Assembly: GCA_023228825.1 (NCBI GenBank)
Contig: JALOAL010000001.1
Location: forward strand, 43,381 to 107,380
From: Dehalococcoidia bacterium
GTDB taxonomy: Bacteria > Chloroflexota > Dehalococcoidia > UBA2979
Reading direction: 5' to 3'
Length of the DNA stretch: 64,000 bases
Positions 18,986 to 28,087 of this stretch are shown here, in pieces. Position numbers and translations under genes: made by a program. The notes beneath the pieces were generated by a model, which did no database searches, was not told where the DNA came from, and saw nothing but the letters and a program-made list of their open reading frames with translations. Every line of letters starts with the position of its first letter. The first letter of the stretch is position 1.

Positions 18986-20362
18986 ATGGCGTCTGAGAAG
19001 GCTGTGAAGTCGGACGCCGGTCGACAGGACCGGGTGCACGTCCCCTTCCTGTACGCCTCGCTCTTGCTGGGCGTCTTCGGAGGCTTCAGCCTCGCGGTGA
19101 GCCTGCCGATCGAGCGGGCGATGGGCGGCTTCGACGTCTCGTGGGTGTCGCACGCCCAGGTGCACGGCCACCTGCAGGTGGTGGGCTTCGCCGGGCTCTT
19201 CGTCCTGGGCATGTCCATGCGCCTCTCCCCCCGCTTCGGCCGAGGCGACCTGGCCTTCATGCCGCTGGTGACGCCGGCGTTCGTGCTGCTCGTGGCCGGG
19301 CTCCTTATGCGCGCCCTGGGTCAGCCCCTGACCGACCACGGCTTCTTCGCCGCGATGCTGGTAGCCGGGCTTGCGGCCGAACTCCTGGCCGCCCTCGCCT
19401 TCGTCTTGATCATCGGAGCCACCCTGGCGCCGGCCCTGCGCAACCCACAGCCGCACGCGGTCCTGCTCGTGGGTGCGCCCGTGTGGCTCGCCGTGCAGGC
19501 CGCCCTCGGCATGTGGTGGCTGACGGACCTCGCGCGCGACGGCGGCACGATCGTGGAGCATGGGCGGAACACCGCGCTGGTGAACCTGCAGTTCTTCGGC
19601 GTGGTGCTCAGCGCCCTCCTGGGCGTGGGGATGCGCTCGTTCCCCACGTTCTTCGGGATGCCGCCCACCAGCCGCCCGCTGGGACTGGTCATGGCCACGC
19701 TGCTGCACGCCGGCCTGGCGGTCTGGGCGGGTGCGGCGGTGATCCGGGTGGTCAACGGCGTTGGCTCGGACACGCTGAACGTGGTCGGGTCGGTGGGTGC
19801 GGCGCTGGTGGGGGTGAGCATCCTGCTGGCGGTGGCGGCGTTTGGCCTCGGGCGACGCAAGCACCGGCTGGCCGCGGCCTCGCGCGGGTTCGTGTTTGCG
19901 CTGCAGCCCGTCCTGGCCTGGCTCGCGTTCACGGGCCTGGCGCTGATCTGGGCCGGAGGCCGCGCCGCGGTCGAGGGCAACCCCATCGGTATGCAGGAGT
20001 TGGACGCGGTGCGGCACGTCTTTGCCGTGGGCGTGATCACGCTCGCCATCGTGGCCATGGCGCAGTTGATGCTGCCGGAGTTCGCCAGCGAGCGCATCGT
20101 CAACCCGCCGGTCCCCTGGCGGGGGGCGGCGTTCGGCCTCGCACTCTCGGCCGCCGCAGTGCTGCGAGGCGTGCTGCCATGGGCCGGCCTCGCGGGCGAC
20201 CACGCGGACTGGGGGATGGCGCTCGGAGGCGGGATCGGCATCATCGCCGTGGCCGTGTTCGGCTACCTCTACTGGCGCGCGCGCCGAGGCCACGTGGCGT
20301 ACACCCAGCGCATCGCCGCCATGAGAGCCCGTAATACGCCGATCACCACGGTGAGCAGTTAG
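18986..20362 (+). CDS. nnrS: NnrS-family protein (putative NO-responsive heme-copper membrane protein)
   Basis: WVSHAQVHGHLQVVGFAGLFVLGMSMRLSPRF resembles the NnrS SWHAHEFLFGY..AGFLLTAVPNWTG region. About 12 TM helices and an internal two-fold repeat. Confidence 0.5.
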   Translation: MASEKAVKSDAGRQDRVHVPFLYASLLLGVFGGFSLAVSLPIERAMGGFDVSWVSHAQVHGHLQVVGFAGLFVLGMSMRLSPRFGRGDLAFMPLVTPAFVLLVAGLLMRALGQPLTDHGFFAAMLVAGLAAELLAALAFVLIIGATLAPALRNPQPHAVLLVGAPVWLAVQAALGMWWLTDLARDGGTIVEHGRNTALVNLQFFGVVLSALLGVGMRSFPTFFGMPPTSRPLGLVMATLLHAGLAVWAGAAVIRVVNGVGSDTLNVVGSVGAALVGVSILLAVAAFGLGRRKHRLAAASRGFVFALQPVLAWLAFTGLALIWAGGRAAVEGNPIGMQELDAVRHVFAVGVITLAIVAMAQLMLPEFASERIVNPPVPWRGAAFGLALSAAAVLRGVLPWAGLAGDHADWGMALGGGIGIIAVAVFGYLYWRARRGHVAYTQRIAAMRARNTPITTVSS

Positions 20363-20449
20363 GAGCGGGTGCTGCTCGGTAACAGACTGGAAACATTACG
20401 GGCGGATGCTACGGTGGACGCCCGAGCGGCAAGATTGGAATGACTGACG

Positions 20450-20833
20450 ATGGCTAAGCACACCTACCTCCGAACCCACGACCTGTCCGGCGAGCATCTG
20501 CTGATCGACCTGGGCGAGGCCGTGACCGACCTGCACTCAGATTCGGAGGGACAGGACCGTCGAGGCGTGACGCTCGTGAAGCAGGGCGGGCTGTCGGTGG
20601 TGCTGACCCACCTCCACGCCGGCGCGACCCTGCAGGAGCACGCCGCGCCGGGCGCTGCCACGGTGCAGGTGCTGGACGGCCGCGTCCACGCCAGGGTGGG
20701 CGACCAGGAGATGGAAGTCCCCCACGGCCGCGTCCTGGCGTTCGACTCGAACGTGCGCCACAGCATCGAGGCCCTCGAGGATTCCACGCTCTTGCTGACG
20801 CTGGCGGATCCTGGTTCTGATGGCCGGTCATGA
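20450..20833 (+). CDS. Cupin-domain protein
   Basis: A small beta-barrel-type sequence (GLSVVLTHLHAGATLQEHAAPGAATVQVLDGRVHARVGDQEMEV). Confidence 0.55.
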   Translation: MAKHTYLRTHDLSGEHLLIDLGEAVTDLHSDSEGQDRRGVTLVKQGGLSVVLTHLHAGATLQEHAAPGAATVQVLDGRVHARVGDQEMEVPHGRVLAFDSNVRHSIEALEDSTLLLTLADPGSDGRS

Positions 20834-20864
20834 GATGGCTGGCGTGAGGATGGGAGGCCGTCCG

Positions 20865-21191
20865 ATGAGGATCGGATGCGGCTGGGCTGAGTTTGTAGAC
20901 CCCACCCGAGAAGATGTCGTGGCGCGCGGCTCGGTATTCGCGGATGCCCCGCCCAACGTCCTGGACACACCCTGGGACGGCGAGGTGCGCCTGATCCGCG
21001 GACACCAGGCCCTGATCGAACGAGGCACGAGCGTCTGGATACTCCGCTTCGAGGAGGGCCAGGTGCACCGCATCATCGAGTTGCAGGGCGTGGATGCCCA
21101 CTGGGCGCCCTCTGGGCTGCGCGGCACGGCCCAGGTGAGCAGTTACGACGAACTGGCTCCCGCCGCCGCCAACGAACTCGGCGGCGAGTAG
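20865..21191 (+). CDS. Hypothetical protein
   Basis: ORF in coding-like high-GC3 context downstream of the cupin gene; no recognisable motifs. Confidence 0.35.
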   Translation: MRIGCGWAEFVDPTREDVVARGSVFADAPPNVLDTPWDGEVRLIRGHQALIERGTSVWILRFEEGQVHRIIELQGVDAHWAPSGLRGTAQVSSYDELAPAAANELGGE

Positions 21192-21288
21192 CCGGCCAGT
21201 CAGTCCAAGACCGCCCACCCCCGCGGGCGAGGCGCTGGTCGTGACGCACCAGCACGGCGTGGCCGGCCACCTGGCGCGCCGTCGTCGC

Positions 21289-21783
21289 CTACGGGCGCGA
21301 GGCCACCTCGAGTCGTCCGTGGGCCGCAGTCGCCCGCTGGCCGGAGGCGCGCAGGAGCGTGGCGCGCTGGAGGGCGGCCATGCCCTGCCGCAGCGCCTCC
21401 AGTTCCTCCGTGCTCAGGTGCTCCAGCACCTCTCCGAAGGCGCGCATGTTGGCGGAGAGCAGGGTGGTGACATAATCCGCCCCGCCCTCGGTCAGGCCGA
21501 CGAGCACGGCGCGGCGGTCTGCCGGATCCGGATCGCGGCGGGCATAGCCCTCGTCCACCAGGTGATCCAGGACGGCCGTGGTGGCGTTGGGGGAGAGCGC
21601 CACTGCACGCGCCACCGCACCCACGCGCACGGCGCCCAGGTGGTGCAGGACGATCAGTGCCTTCAACTGCGTCATGGAGAGGTCAAGGTTCAGCCACGGC
21701 GTGGGACGCGTAGTGGCGTTGGCCGCGCCCAGCGCTGACATCAGCGCCTGGATTTCCTGGACGAGGTTGGTCTTCGAAGTCAT
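21289..21783 (-). CDS. MarR-family transcriptional regulator
   Basis: Winged-HTH pattern (LSMTQLKALIVLHHLGAVRVGAVARAVALSPNATTAVLDHLVDEGYARRDPDPADRRAVLVGLTEGG). Divergent from an MFS transporter gene. Confidence 0.8.
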   Translation of the reverse strand: MTSKTNLVQEIQALMSALGAANATTRPTPWLNLDLSMTQLKALIVLHHLGAVRVGAVARAVALSPNATTAVLDHLVDEGYARRDPDPADRRAVLVGLTEGGADYVTTLLSANMRAFGEVLEHLSTEELEALRQGMAALQRATLLRASGQRATAAHGRLEVASRP

Positions 21784-21923
21784 CCTGGCGCCCCCTCTCG
21801 GATTGCCCGTATTCGACGGGTTCTGGATACTCGCAGTCTATCGAACTATCGCCTCGCACGGTACGATGTCCGTCATCGATCTCGGGTGGCTGGCACGTGC
21901 TGTGATCCGGAGAACCGTCCCCC

Positions 21924-23258
21924 TTGACCCAGGTGCAGCGTCCCCCTCAACCCCCGTTCCCGGTAGGCGGCCAGCGGCCGTCCCTGCGGAAGGCGTTCGT
22001 CGCCTTCCGCAACCCGTACTTCCGATGGCACTGGGCGTCCACGCTGGCGTCCTTCTCCGGGATGCAGATGCAGATGATCGCCCTGGGCATCCTGGGGTGG
22101 GAACTGTCGGGATCGTTCGCCGTGGTGGGCGTGCTCCAGGCGGCGTTCGCCATCCCCATGGCGCTGTTGTCCCTGCCGGGCGGCGCCGCCGTGGACCGCG
22201 TGGAGAAGCGCCGCCTGGTGGTGTTGTCGCAGGGGGCGTTCGGCGCACTCGCTGCGGTGATCGGTTTCCTGGTGCAGGTGGACCTGATCACGGTGGTGCT
22301 GCTCTTCGTCGGCGGTGTGGTGCAGGGCAGCCTGTTCAGCGTGAACGGCCCGGCGCGCATGGCGCTCCTCACCGAGATCGTGGAGCCCGAGGAACTCACG
22401 GCCGCGATCTCCCTGCAGAACATGGCGATGAATGGCACGCGGGTGGTGGCCCCCGCCGTCGCCGGCCTGATGATCGCCTTCGTGAGTATCGAGGGCACGT
22501 ACTACGTCACCGCCGCACTCTACGCGTTCACGGTCTTCGCCATGCTCCACGTGCCGCGCACGTCCTCCCACATCGGGCGGGCGCGCACGGCGCTGCTCGC
22601 GGACATGGGGGCGGGTCTCGGCTACGTCTTCCGTGACCGCACGCTGCGCTCGTTGATGTTGTCCGGCCTGGTGATCGCGCTCTTCATCTTCCCGTACCAG
22701 GTGATGCTCCCCGGCTTCGCGGACGGCCTGGGCCACGCCGAACTGTTCGGCGCCATGGTGGCCGTATCCGGCATCGGCGGGCTGCTGGGATCCCTCGGCG
22801 TGGCCGCGCTCTCCGAGCACCCGCGCAAGCCCTACCTGCAGTTCCTCCTCGGGCTGACCGCTGGAGGCGCGCTGGTGGTGCTGGGCGCGCTGCCCGCGGT
22901 CATGGGCCCGCCGGGGGCGTTCCTCGCGCTGGCGGTTGTCGGCGCTGGCGCCACGGCGTACATGACGCTGAACCAGACGATGCTCATGACCGAGGCGGTC
23001 CCCGACTACCGAGGGCGGGTGATGAGCATCTCCATGCTCACGTTCAGCGCGATGCCCCTGATGGCGCTGCCCCTCGGCATCCTGGCGGACCAGATCGGCG
23101 GCGAAGGCGCATTCATCACTCAGGGCATCATCGCCGCCGCCGTGATCCTTCTGATCGCGATGGCCAACCGCCGCCACACCTTTCAACGCCAGGAAGGCCA
23201 ACGCCCGGAAGGCCAACGCGGGGAGGGCCAACGCCAGGAGGGCGGCCGGACGGCCTGA
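21924..23258 (+). CDS. MFS transporter (DHA3/EntS-like efflux family) with a C-terminal QRxEG-repeat tail
   Basis: Twelve hydrophobic segments and an MFS signature (LPGGAAVDRVEKRRL). The tail is encoded by four 15-bp tandem repeats at 23184-23243. Confidence 0.8.
   Translation: MTQVQRPPQPPFPVGGQRPSLRKAFVAFRNPYFRWHWASTLASFSGMQMQMIALGILGWELSGSFAVVGVLQAAFAIPMALLSLPGGAAVDRVEKRRLVVLSQGAFGALAAVIGFLVQVDLITVVLLFVGGVVQGSLFSVNGPARMALLTEIVEPEELTAAISLQNMAMNGTRVVAPAVAGLMIAFVSIEGTYYVTAALYAFTVFAMLHVPRTSSHIGRARTALLADMGAGLGYVFRDRTLRSLMLSGLVIALFIFPYQVMLPGFADGLGHAELFGAMVAVSGIGGLLGSLGVAALSEHPRKPYLQFLLGLTAGGALVVLGALPAVMGPPGAFLALAVVGAGATAYMTLNQTMLMTEAVPDYRGRVMSISMLTFSAMPLMALPLGILADQIGGEGAFITQGIIAAAVILLIAMANRRHTFQRQEGQRPEGQRGEGQRQEGGRTA
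23184..23243 (+). repeat. Four tandem 15-bp repeats (caacgccaggaaggc variants) encoding QRQEG/QRPEG/QRGEG/QRQEG
   Basis: Read directly from the sequence. Confidence 0.85.
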
Positions 23259-23583
23259 TTACGACACCTGATTGCGACACGGGGATGGGAGGGAGCCCCG
23301 ACCGGCGGCGGGGGGCGCCAACCGGTCAGGACTCCGTCAGAACGCCACCCCCCCAGGAGACGCGAGGGTGGCGCGCGGAGTAGGGCTGGCGAACCAGATC
23401 CTGCACAGCGCGGGGGCTGCGGCACAGGATCCGCTTGATGTTCCGCTGCGCTACCCCGGTGATGCGGGGGCGAGGTGTTTCAACCACAGTTTGTTTCAGC
23501 GTCCGGGATGCTACCGTCCGTCGGGTGGATGAGCAAGCGCTCGCTTGTCTCGCTGCGGCCGGCAGGGAAGGCCCGTCCGGCCC

Positions 23584-24261
23584 TCATGAGGCCGAAGACG
23601 GCCCCGTAGTATTGCCTCCGTAGCCGAGATCGGGTCGGGCATCGCCGAGCCCCGCGTCTTCGACGTCTGTCGTGAGGCCGTGCAGGAGCATCGTGACGAG
23701 GGTGTCCGAGATCTCCTCGACGCCGAGGCGGCCACCCTTCTCGTACCAGCGTGTGAGCCAGTTGCTCGCCCCGAGCAAGCCAAGCGCGGCGACCTTCGGG
23801 TCCAACTCATGCCGGAACTCGCCGGATCGCTGGCCGTCCTCGACCGCGCGGGTCACCAGGGCGGCGTAGCGGTGGTTCAGCCGCTCCGCGTCCGGCGGCG
23901 GTTCTCCTCGAGTCCGTGGAGTCCGGCGGGTGGTGGTCGTCATCGGCTCAAACCACTGCGACGACTCCGGGTGGTAGAGGTCGATGAAGCGAAGGTGCTC
24001 CCGCAGTATCCGTTCGAGTCGCTCTCGAGCCGACGCGTGCGACTCCAGGATCGTGCTCACGTTGTCGATCAACTCGCTCAGACGGCGCCCGTTGATGTGC
24101 CGGAGTAGGTCAGCCTTGCTCGACGTGTAGTAGTACAGGCTGCCCTTGAGGACGCCGAGTTCCCGGGCGATGTCGTCCAGGCGGGTGGCCTCGTAGCCGC
24201 GCTCGCCGAAGAGGCGCGCCGCAACGTCGAGCACCTGATCCAGGTCGCGCACCTTGGTCAC
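23584..24261 (-). CDS. TetR/AcrR-family transcriptional regulator
   Basis: N-terminal HTH (VLDVAARLFGERGYEATRLDDIARELGVLKGSLYYYTSSKADLL). GTG start chosen at VTKVRDLD. Confidence 0.75.
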   Translation of the reverse strand: MTKVRDLDQVLDVAARLFGERGYEATRLDDIARELGVLKGSLYYYTSSKADLLRHINGRRLSELIDNVSTILESHASARERLERILREHLRFIDLYHPESSQWFEPMTTTTRRTPRTRGEPPPDAERLNHRYAALVTRAVEDGQRSGEFRHELDPKVAALGLLGASNWLTRWYEKGGRLGVEEISDTLVTMLLHGLTTDVEDAGLGDARPDLGYGGNTTGPSSAS

Positions 24262-24369
24262 GGCGCCTCCTGAATGATTCCGATCCGTTCCGGTCAGTAT
24301 AGGGAGATTGATTATGACTGCGGGCACTATCGGCCGCTGGCGGGGCCGGGCCACCCCGCGAGCATCCGC

Positions 24370-25926
24370 CTACAACAGGATGCGAGGGCCGGCGGGGCGG
24401 ACGTGGCCGGAGCGCTGGGCCTCTTGCATGACGGCGTCTGCCACCGCGGTGGCGACGGCGGGGTTGAAGGTGGAGGGGAGGATGTACTCCTCGCTCAGCA
24501 GGTCGGCGGGGATGGAGTCCGCGATCGCGCGGGTGGCGGCGGCCTTCATCTCCGGGGTGATGCGGGTGGCGCGTGCGTCCAGGGCGCCCCGGAAGAGGCC
24601 GGGGAAGCACAGGATGTTGTTGACCTGGTTCGGGAAGTCGGAACGGCCGGTAGCCACCACGCGCGCAAGGCCTTCTATCTCGCTGGGGAGCACCTCCGGC
24701 TCGGGGTTGGCGAGGGCGAACACGATCGGATCCGGGGCCATCTGGGCCACCCACTCCGGCTTCAGGAGGCCGGGGCCCGAGAGTCCGAGGAAGATGTCAG
24801 CGCCGCGGAGCGCCTCTTCCAGCGAGCCGGTGAACTGACCCTGGTTCGTGTGGTCTGCGAACCACTGCTTGTTGCGGTTGAGGCCCTCCATGGCCTGGTG
24901 GATGGCGCCCTCGCGGTCGAAGCCGATCACGTCCTGGATACCCAGGCGCATCAGGCCCTGCGTGCACGCCATACCAGCGGCGCCGAGCCCGAGGACCACG
25001 AGCCGCACGTCCTCCGGCCGTTTCCCCACCACCCGCAGGGCGTTCAGCATCGCCGCGCCCACCACCACCGCCGTCCCGTGCTGGTCGTCGTGGAAGACGG
25101 GGATGTCCAGGGCCTCCTCCAGGCGTTCTTCGACCTCGAAGCAGCGAGGCGAGGAGATGTCCTCCAGCAGGATGGCGCCGAACGAAGGGGCAAGCGCCGT
25201 CACGATGCGCACGATCTCGTCGGGTTCGCGGGCATCCAGGCAGATCGGCCACGCGTCGATGTCCGCGAAGGCCTTGAAGAGCATGGCCTTGCCCTCCATG
25301 ACGGGCATGGCGGCGGCGGGGCCCACGTCTCCCAGGCCCAGCACGGCGCTGCCGTCCGTGACCACGGCCACGGTGTTGGAGCGCGAGGTGACGCGCCAGC
25401 CGACCTCCGGGTGTTCCGCGATCTTGCGCGCCACGGCCTCCGAGCCGGGGTGGTGCACCTGGGCCAGGTCCGCCGCGTTCCGGATCGGCAGGCGGCTCTG
25501 CACCTCGATCTTCCCGCGGCGGTGGAGTTGGAACGTGCGGTCGGAGGCCATCTGCAGTTCCACGCCGGGCATTGCGGCGACGGCGGTGGCGATGAGGCGC
25601 GCGGCGTCCTGGCTGGGGCAGAGCACGCGGATCAGCCGCGTGATGGCGGTCACGCTCACATCGACAATGTCGAGGTTCACGATGCTGCCACCATGCGCGC
25701 CGAACGTGGAGGTCAGGCGGCCCAGCACGTCTGGTTGGCGGCTCATTGCGACGCGGAGGAGGAGTTGGTAGCCGCCAGCGGAGTCTACATAATGCTCGAC
25801 AGGCTCAGGTGGCGGGGCGGCGTCGCGTGACCCGTGGCGCAGGGCGCGCGGTTGCGCCGGCGTCGGGCCCGAGCCACCGAGGCGGCTCATCGAGTCCCTC
25901 GAGCCCGTGAGATGTGCTTGCGCCAT
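24370..25926 (-). CDS. NAD(P)-dependent malic enzyme with an N-terminal ACT-like domain
   Basis: Malic-enzyme core (AVVTDGSAVLGLGDVG, VFHDDQHGTAVV, GLGAAG, NPEPEV). The preceding roughly 85 aa (GYQLLLRV...IVNLDIV...) look ACT-like. Start is ambiguous (25926 or 25890). Confidence 0.75.
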   Translation of the reverse strand: MAQAHLTGSRDSMSRLGGSGPTPAQPRALRHGSRDAAPPPEPVEHYVDSAGGYQLLLRVAMSRQPDVLGRLTSTFGAHGGSIVNLDIVDVSVTAITRLIRVLCPSQDAARLIATAVAAMPGVELQMASDRTFQLHRRGKIEVQSRLPIRNAADLAQVHHPGSEAVARKIAEHPEVGWRVTSRSNTVAVVTDGSAVLGLGDVGPAAAMPVMEGKAMLFKAFADIDAWPICLDAREPDEIVRIVTALAPSFGAILLEDISSPRCFEVEERLEEALDIPVFHDDQHGTAVVVGAAMLNALRVVGKRPEDVRLVVLGLGAAGMACTQGLMRLGIQDVIGFDREGAIHQAMEGLNRNKQWFADHTNQGQFTGSLEEALRGADIFLGLSGPGLLKPEWVAQMAPDPIVFALANPEPEVLPSEIEGLARVVATGRSDFPNQVNNILCFPGLFRGALDARATRITPEMKAAATRAIADSIPADLLSEEYILPSTFNPAVATAVADAVMQEAQRSGHVRPAGPRILL

Positions 25927-26043
25927 CGAATGTTGACTGTAGTTTGTTTTTCTTGCAGCGACAATCTGGCGACGACTGGAAGGCCTGGGCGAGGGTTCTG
26001 ATGCTTGCGATGTTCCGGGCGATTCCGCAGGCTCTTCTGCGGG

Positions 26044-26718
26044 CTATTCTGCGCGCCGGACCCAGATGCGGCGGGCCGCCGGGTATCCCATGACCACCGA
26101 ATTGCCTGCCACGGACAATTCGATGGTGCCACGCACCGGCGAGTGAGCCTCCACCCGCAGTGGCACGCACGGTCGTACGCCCACCTCTTCCAGGAATCGT
26201 AACAGTTCCTGATCCTCCTCGAAGACCCGGTCCACCTCGGCGTGGTCGCCGGTGGTGAGGTCGGCGACCGTGGCGCTGGAGCCGGGTGCCGGCGGTGCGC
26301 CGCAGGCGGCGGGGATGGGGTACCCGAAGGGCGAGTGGCTGGGCGATCCGAGACGGCGGTCGATGAGCGCCTCCGTGATCGGCGAGATCGCGTGCTCCAG
26401 CAGGTGCGCCTCTTCGTACGCCCGCCACCACTCGAGGCCGAGCACGTCCACGAGGAGGCACTCCGCCAGGCGGTGGCGCCGGATCATCTCTTGCGCACGC
26501 TCCAGGCCCGGTGGCGTCAGGGAGACCCGCTTGCGCTCGTCCAGCGCCACCAGCCCGTCACGCTCCAGGCGGCGGAGCATGGCTGACATGGAGGGCGGCG
26601 TAATCTCCAGGCGCTCCGCCAGGCGCGCCGCGATCACCTCCGCCTCCTCGTCGTACTGGAGACGGTAGATCGCCGTGAGCGCGTCGTCTGAGGCGACGTT
26701 CGTGACCTGGCTGGGCAC
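26044..26718 (-). CDS. DtxR/IdeR/MntR-family metal-dependent transcriptional regulator with a C-terminal FeoA/SH3-like domain
   Basis: LTAIYRLQYDEE..ARLAERLEITPPSMSAMLRRLERDGLV, a HRLAECLL metal-binding helix and a C-terminal SH3-like domain. Confidence 0.8.
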   Translation of the reverse strand: MPSQVTNVASDDALTAIYRLQYDEEAEVIAARLAERLEITPPSMSAMLRRLERDGLVALDERKRVSLTPPGLERAQEMIRRHRLAECLLVDVLGLEWWRAYEEAHLLEHAISPITEALIDRRLGSPSHSPFGYPIPAACGAPPAPGSSATVADLTTGDHAEVDRVFEEDQELLRFLEEVGVRPCVPLRVEAHSPVRGTIELSVAGNSVVMGYPAARRIWVRRAE

Positions 26719-26724
26719 GGCTTG

Positions 26725-27286
26725 CTACTCCTCCACGCGGCGGCGTCGAGGCCTGGGCGGCGGGCGGGACGAGGTGGAGTCGGTGGCCCTCGGCGTGGAG
26801 CCGCCCCGGATGCCGGCGCGCGGGGTGGCCTTGGCGTGGTCGGAGCGCTCCGTGTACGTGCCGCGCTCCAACGCCGCGTCCACCTCCGCCAGGTCACGGA
26901 ACGAGGTGGCGCTCAGTTCCGTGGTCAGCGCCTCCTGCGCGCGCTTCCAGTGGACGTGTAGAGGGCAGGCGTGCTCCCAGTCGCACGGACCGCCTCGCAG
27001 CACGCATGACTCCAGGGCCACGGGGCCCTCCGCCATCTCCACCACCTCCAGCAGCGTGATCTCCGCAGGGTCCCGGACCAGCGCGTAGCCGCCGTCCGGC
27101 CCGGCCACGGCGATCAGGAGGCCCTGGCGGACGAGGTTCGCGAGGATCTGCGGCAGGTAGCGCTCCGGGATGTCCATCTCGGCGGCAATCTCTCGCGCCT
27201 TGCGGCGGCCCTGGCCGTGGTGCCGCGCCAGGTCCATGACCGCCCGCACCGTGTAGTCCCCCTTGCGTCCCAGTGTCACTTGCATC
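26725..27286 (-). CDS. nsrR: Rrf2-family transcriptional regulator with three Cys (NsrR/IscR-like), putative NO-responsive regulator
   Basis: MQVTLGRKGDYTVRAVMDLARH...REIAAEMDIPERYLPQILANLVRQGLL plus a CVLRGGPCDWEHAC cluster. Confidence 0.7.
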
Positions 27287-27533
27287 ACAACCGCCTCAAC
27301 GATGACCAGCGAAGTGGATGATACACAGCATGCCATGCTGGACGCCCGCGTGAAGCGGCGGCTGGCGAGGAACGCGGCGAGGGAGGAGCGCCGAGGGCGA
27401 GCGCCGTGGGCCGGCCTCCCGCAGAGAGTCCCGTCCGGGAGGCGACCTTCTGCCCTATGCCGGCGCCGATACGAGTGGAACCGTGGAACTGATGAGAGCA
27501 TCGATAGATGGACCGATGGATGGAGGTGCGGGC

Positions 27534-27968
27534 ATGAGCCTCAAGCAGCGGACGATCGCGGAGATCTCCATGCGCTGGCCGGAGGCGGGGCCGGTGCTGG
27601 AAGCCCACGGGATCGACAATTGTTGCGGCGGCGCTCATACGCTGACCGAAGCGGCAGAGGCCCACGGCGTGGCTGTGGACCTGGTGCTGACGGAACTGGA
27701 GGATGCAGGCGTGACTGAGAGTGACGAGGCGGCAGCCGGCGCGGAGCCGGTGGTGGACGTGCGGCCCCTGCCCCCGCGGGAGAAGCACCCCAAGGTCTTC
27801 GCCACCTTCGACGCGTTGCCCGTGGGCGGCGCGCTGCAGTTGGTGAACGACCATGACCCACGGCCGCTCTTCTACCAGATGCAGGCGGAGCGGCCGGGCC
27901 AGGTGGGCTGGGACCCGCAGGAGCAGGGCCCGGAACGCTGGGTGATCCGCATCGCCAAGGTCGCCTGA
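27534..27968 (+). CDS. ScdA_N (DUF542)-like plus DUF2249-like protein, NO/iron-sulfur-stress associated; alternative start at 27483
   Basis: IAEISMRWPEAGPVLEAHGIDNCCGGAHTL matches the ScdA N-terminal domain signature. The C-terminal FDALPVGGALQLVNDHDPRPLFYQ looks DUF2249-like. It is divergent from the Rrf2 gene. Confidence 0.5.
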   Translation: MSLKQRTIAEISMRWPEAGPVLEAHGIDNCCGGAHTLTEAAEAHGVAVDLVLTELEDAGVTESDEAAAGAEPVVDVRPLPPREKHPKVFATFDALPVGGALQLVNDHDPRPLFYQMQAERPGQVGWDPQEQGPERWVIRIAKVA

Positions 27969-28087
27969 CCGGATCGCACCGGTACGGCTCAAAACCAGGG
28001 ACGCCCTCCTCGTGAGGGCGTCCCTCGTTGCGTCCGTTGCGTCCGCCCGGCGGCCGTGCCGGCTCGAGCGCTGGTCGCGGCAGCGGG

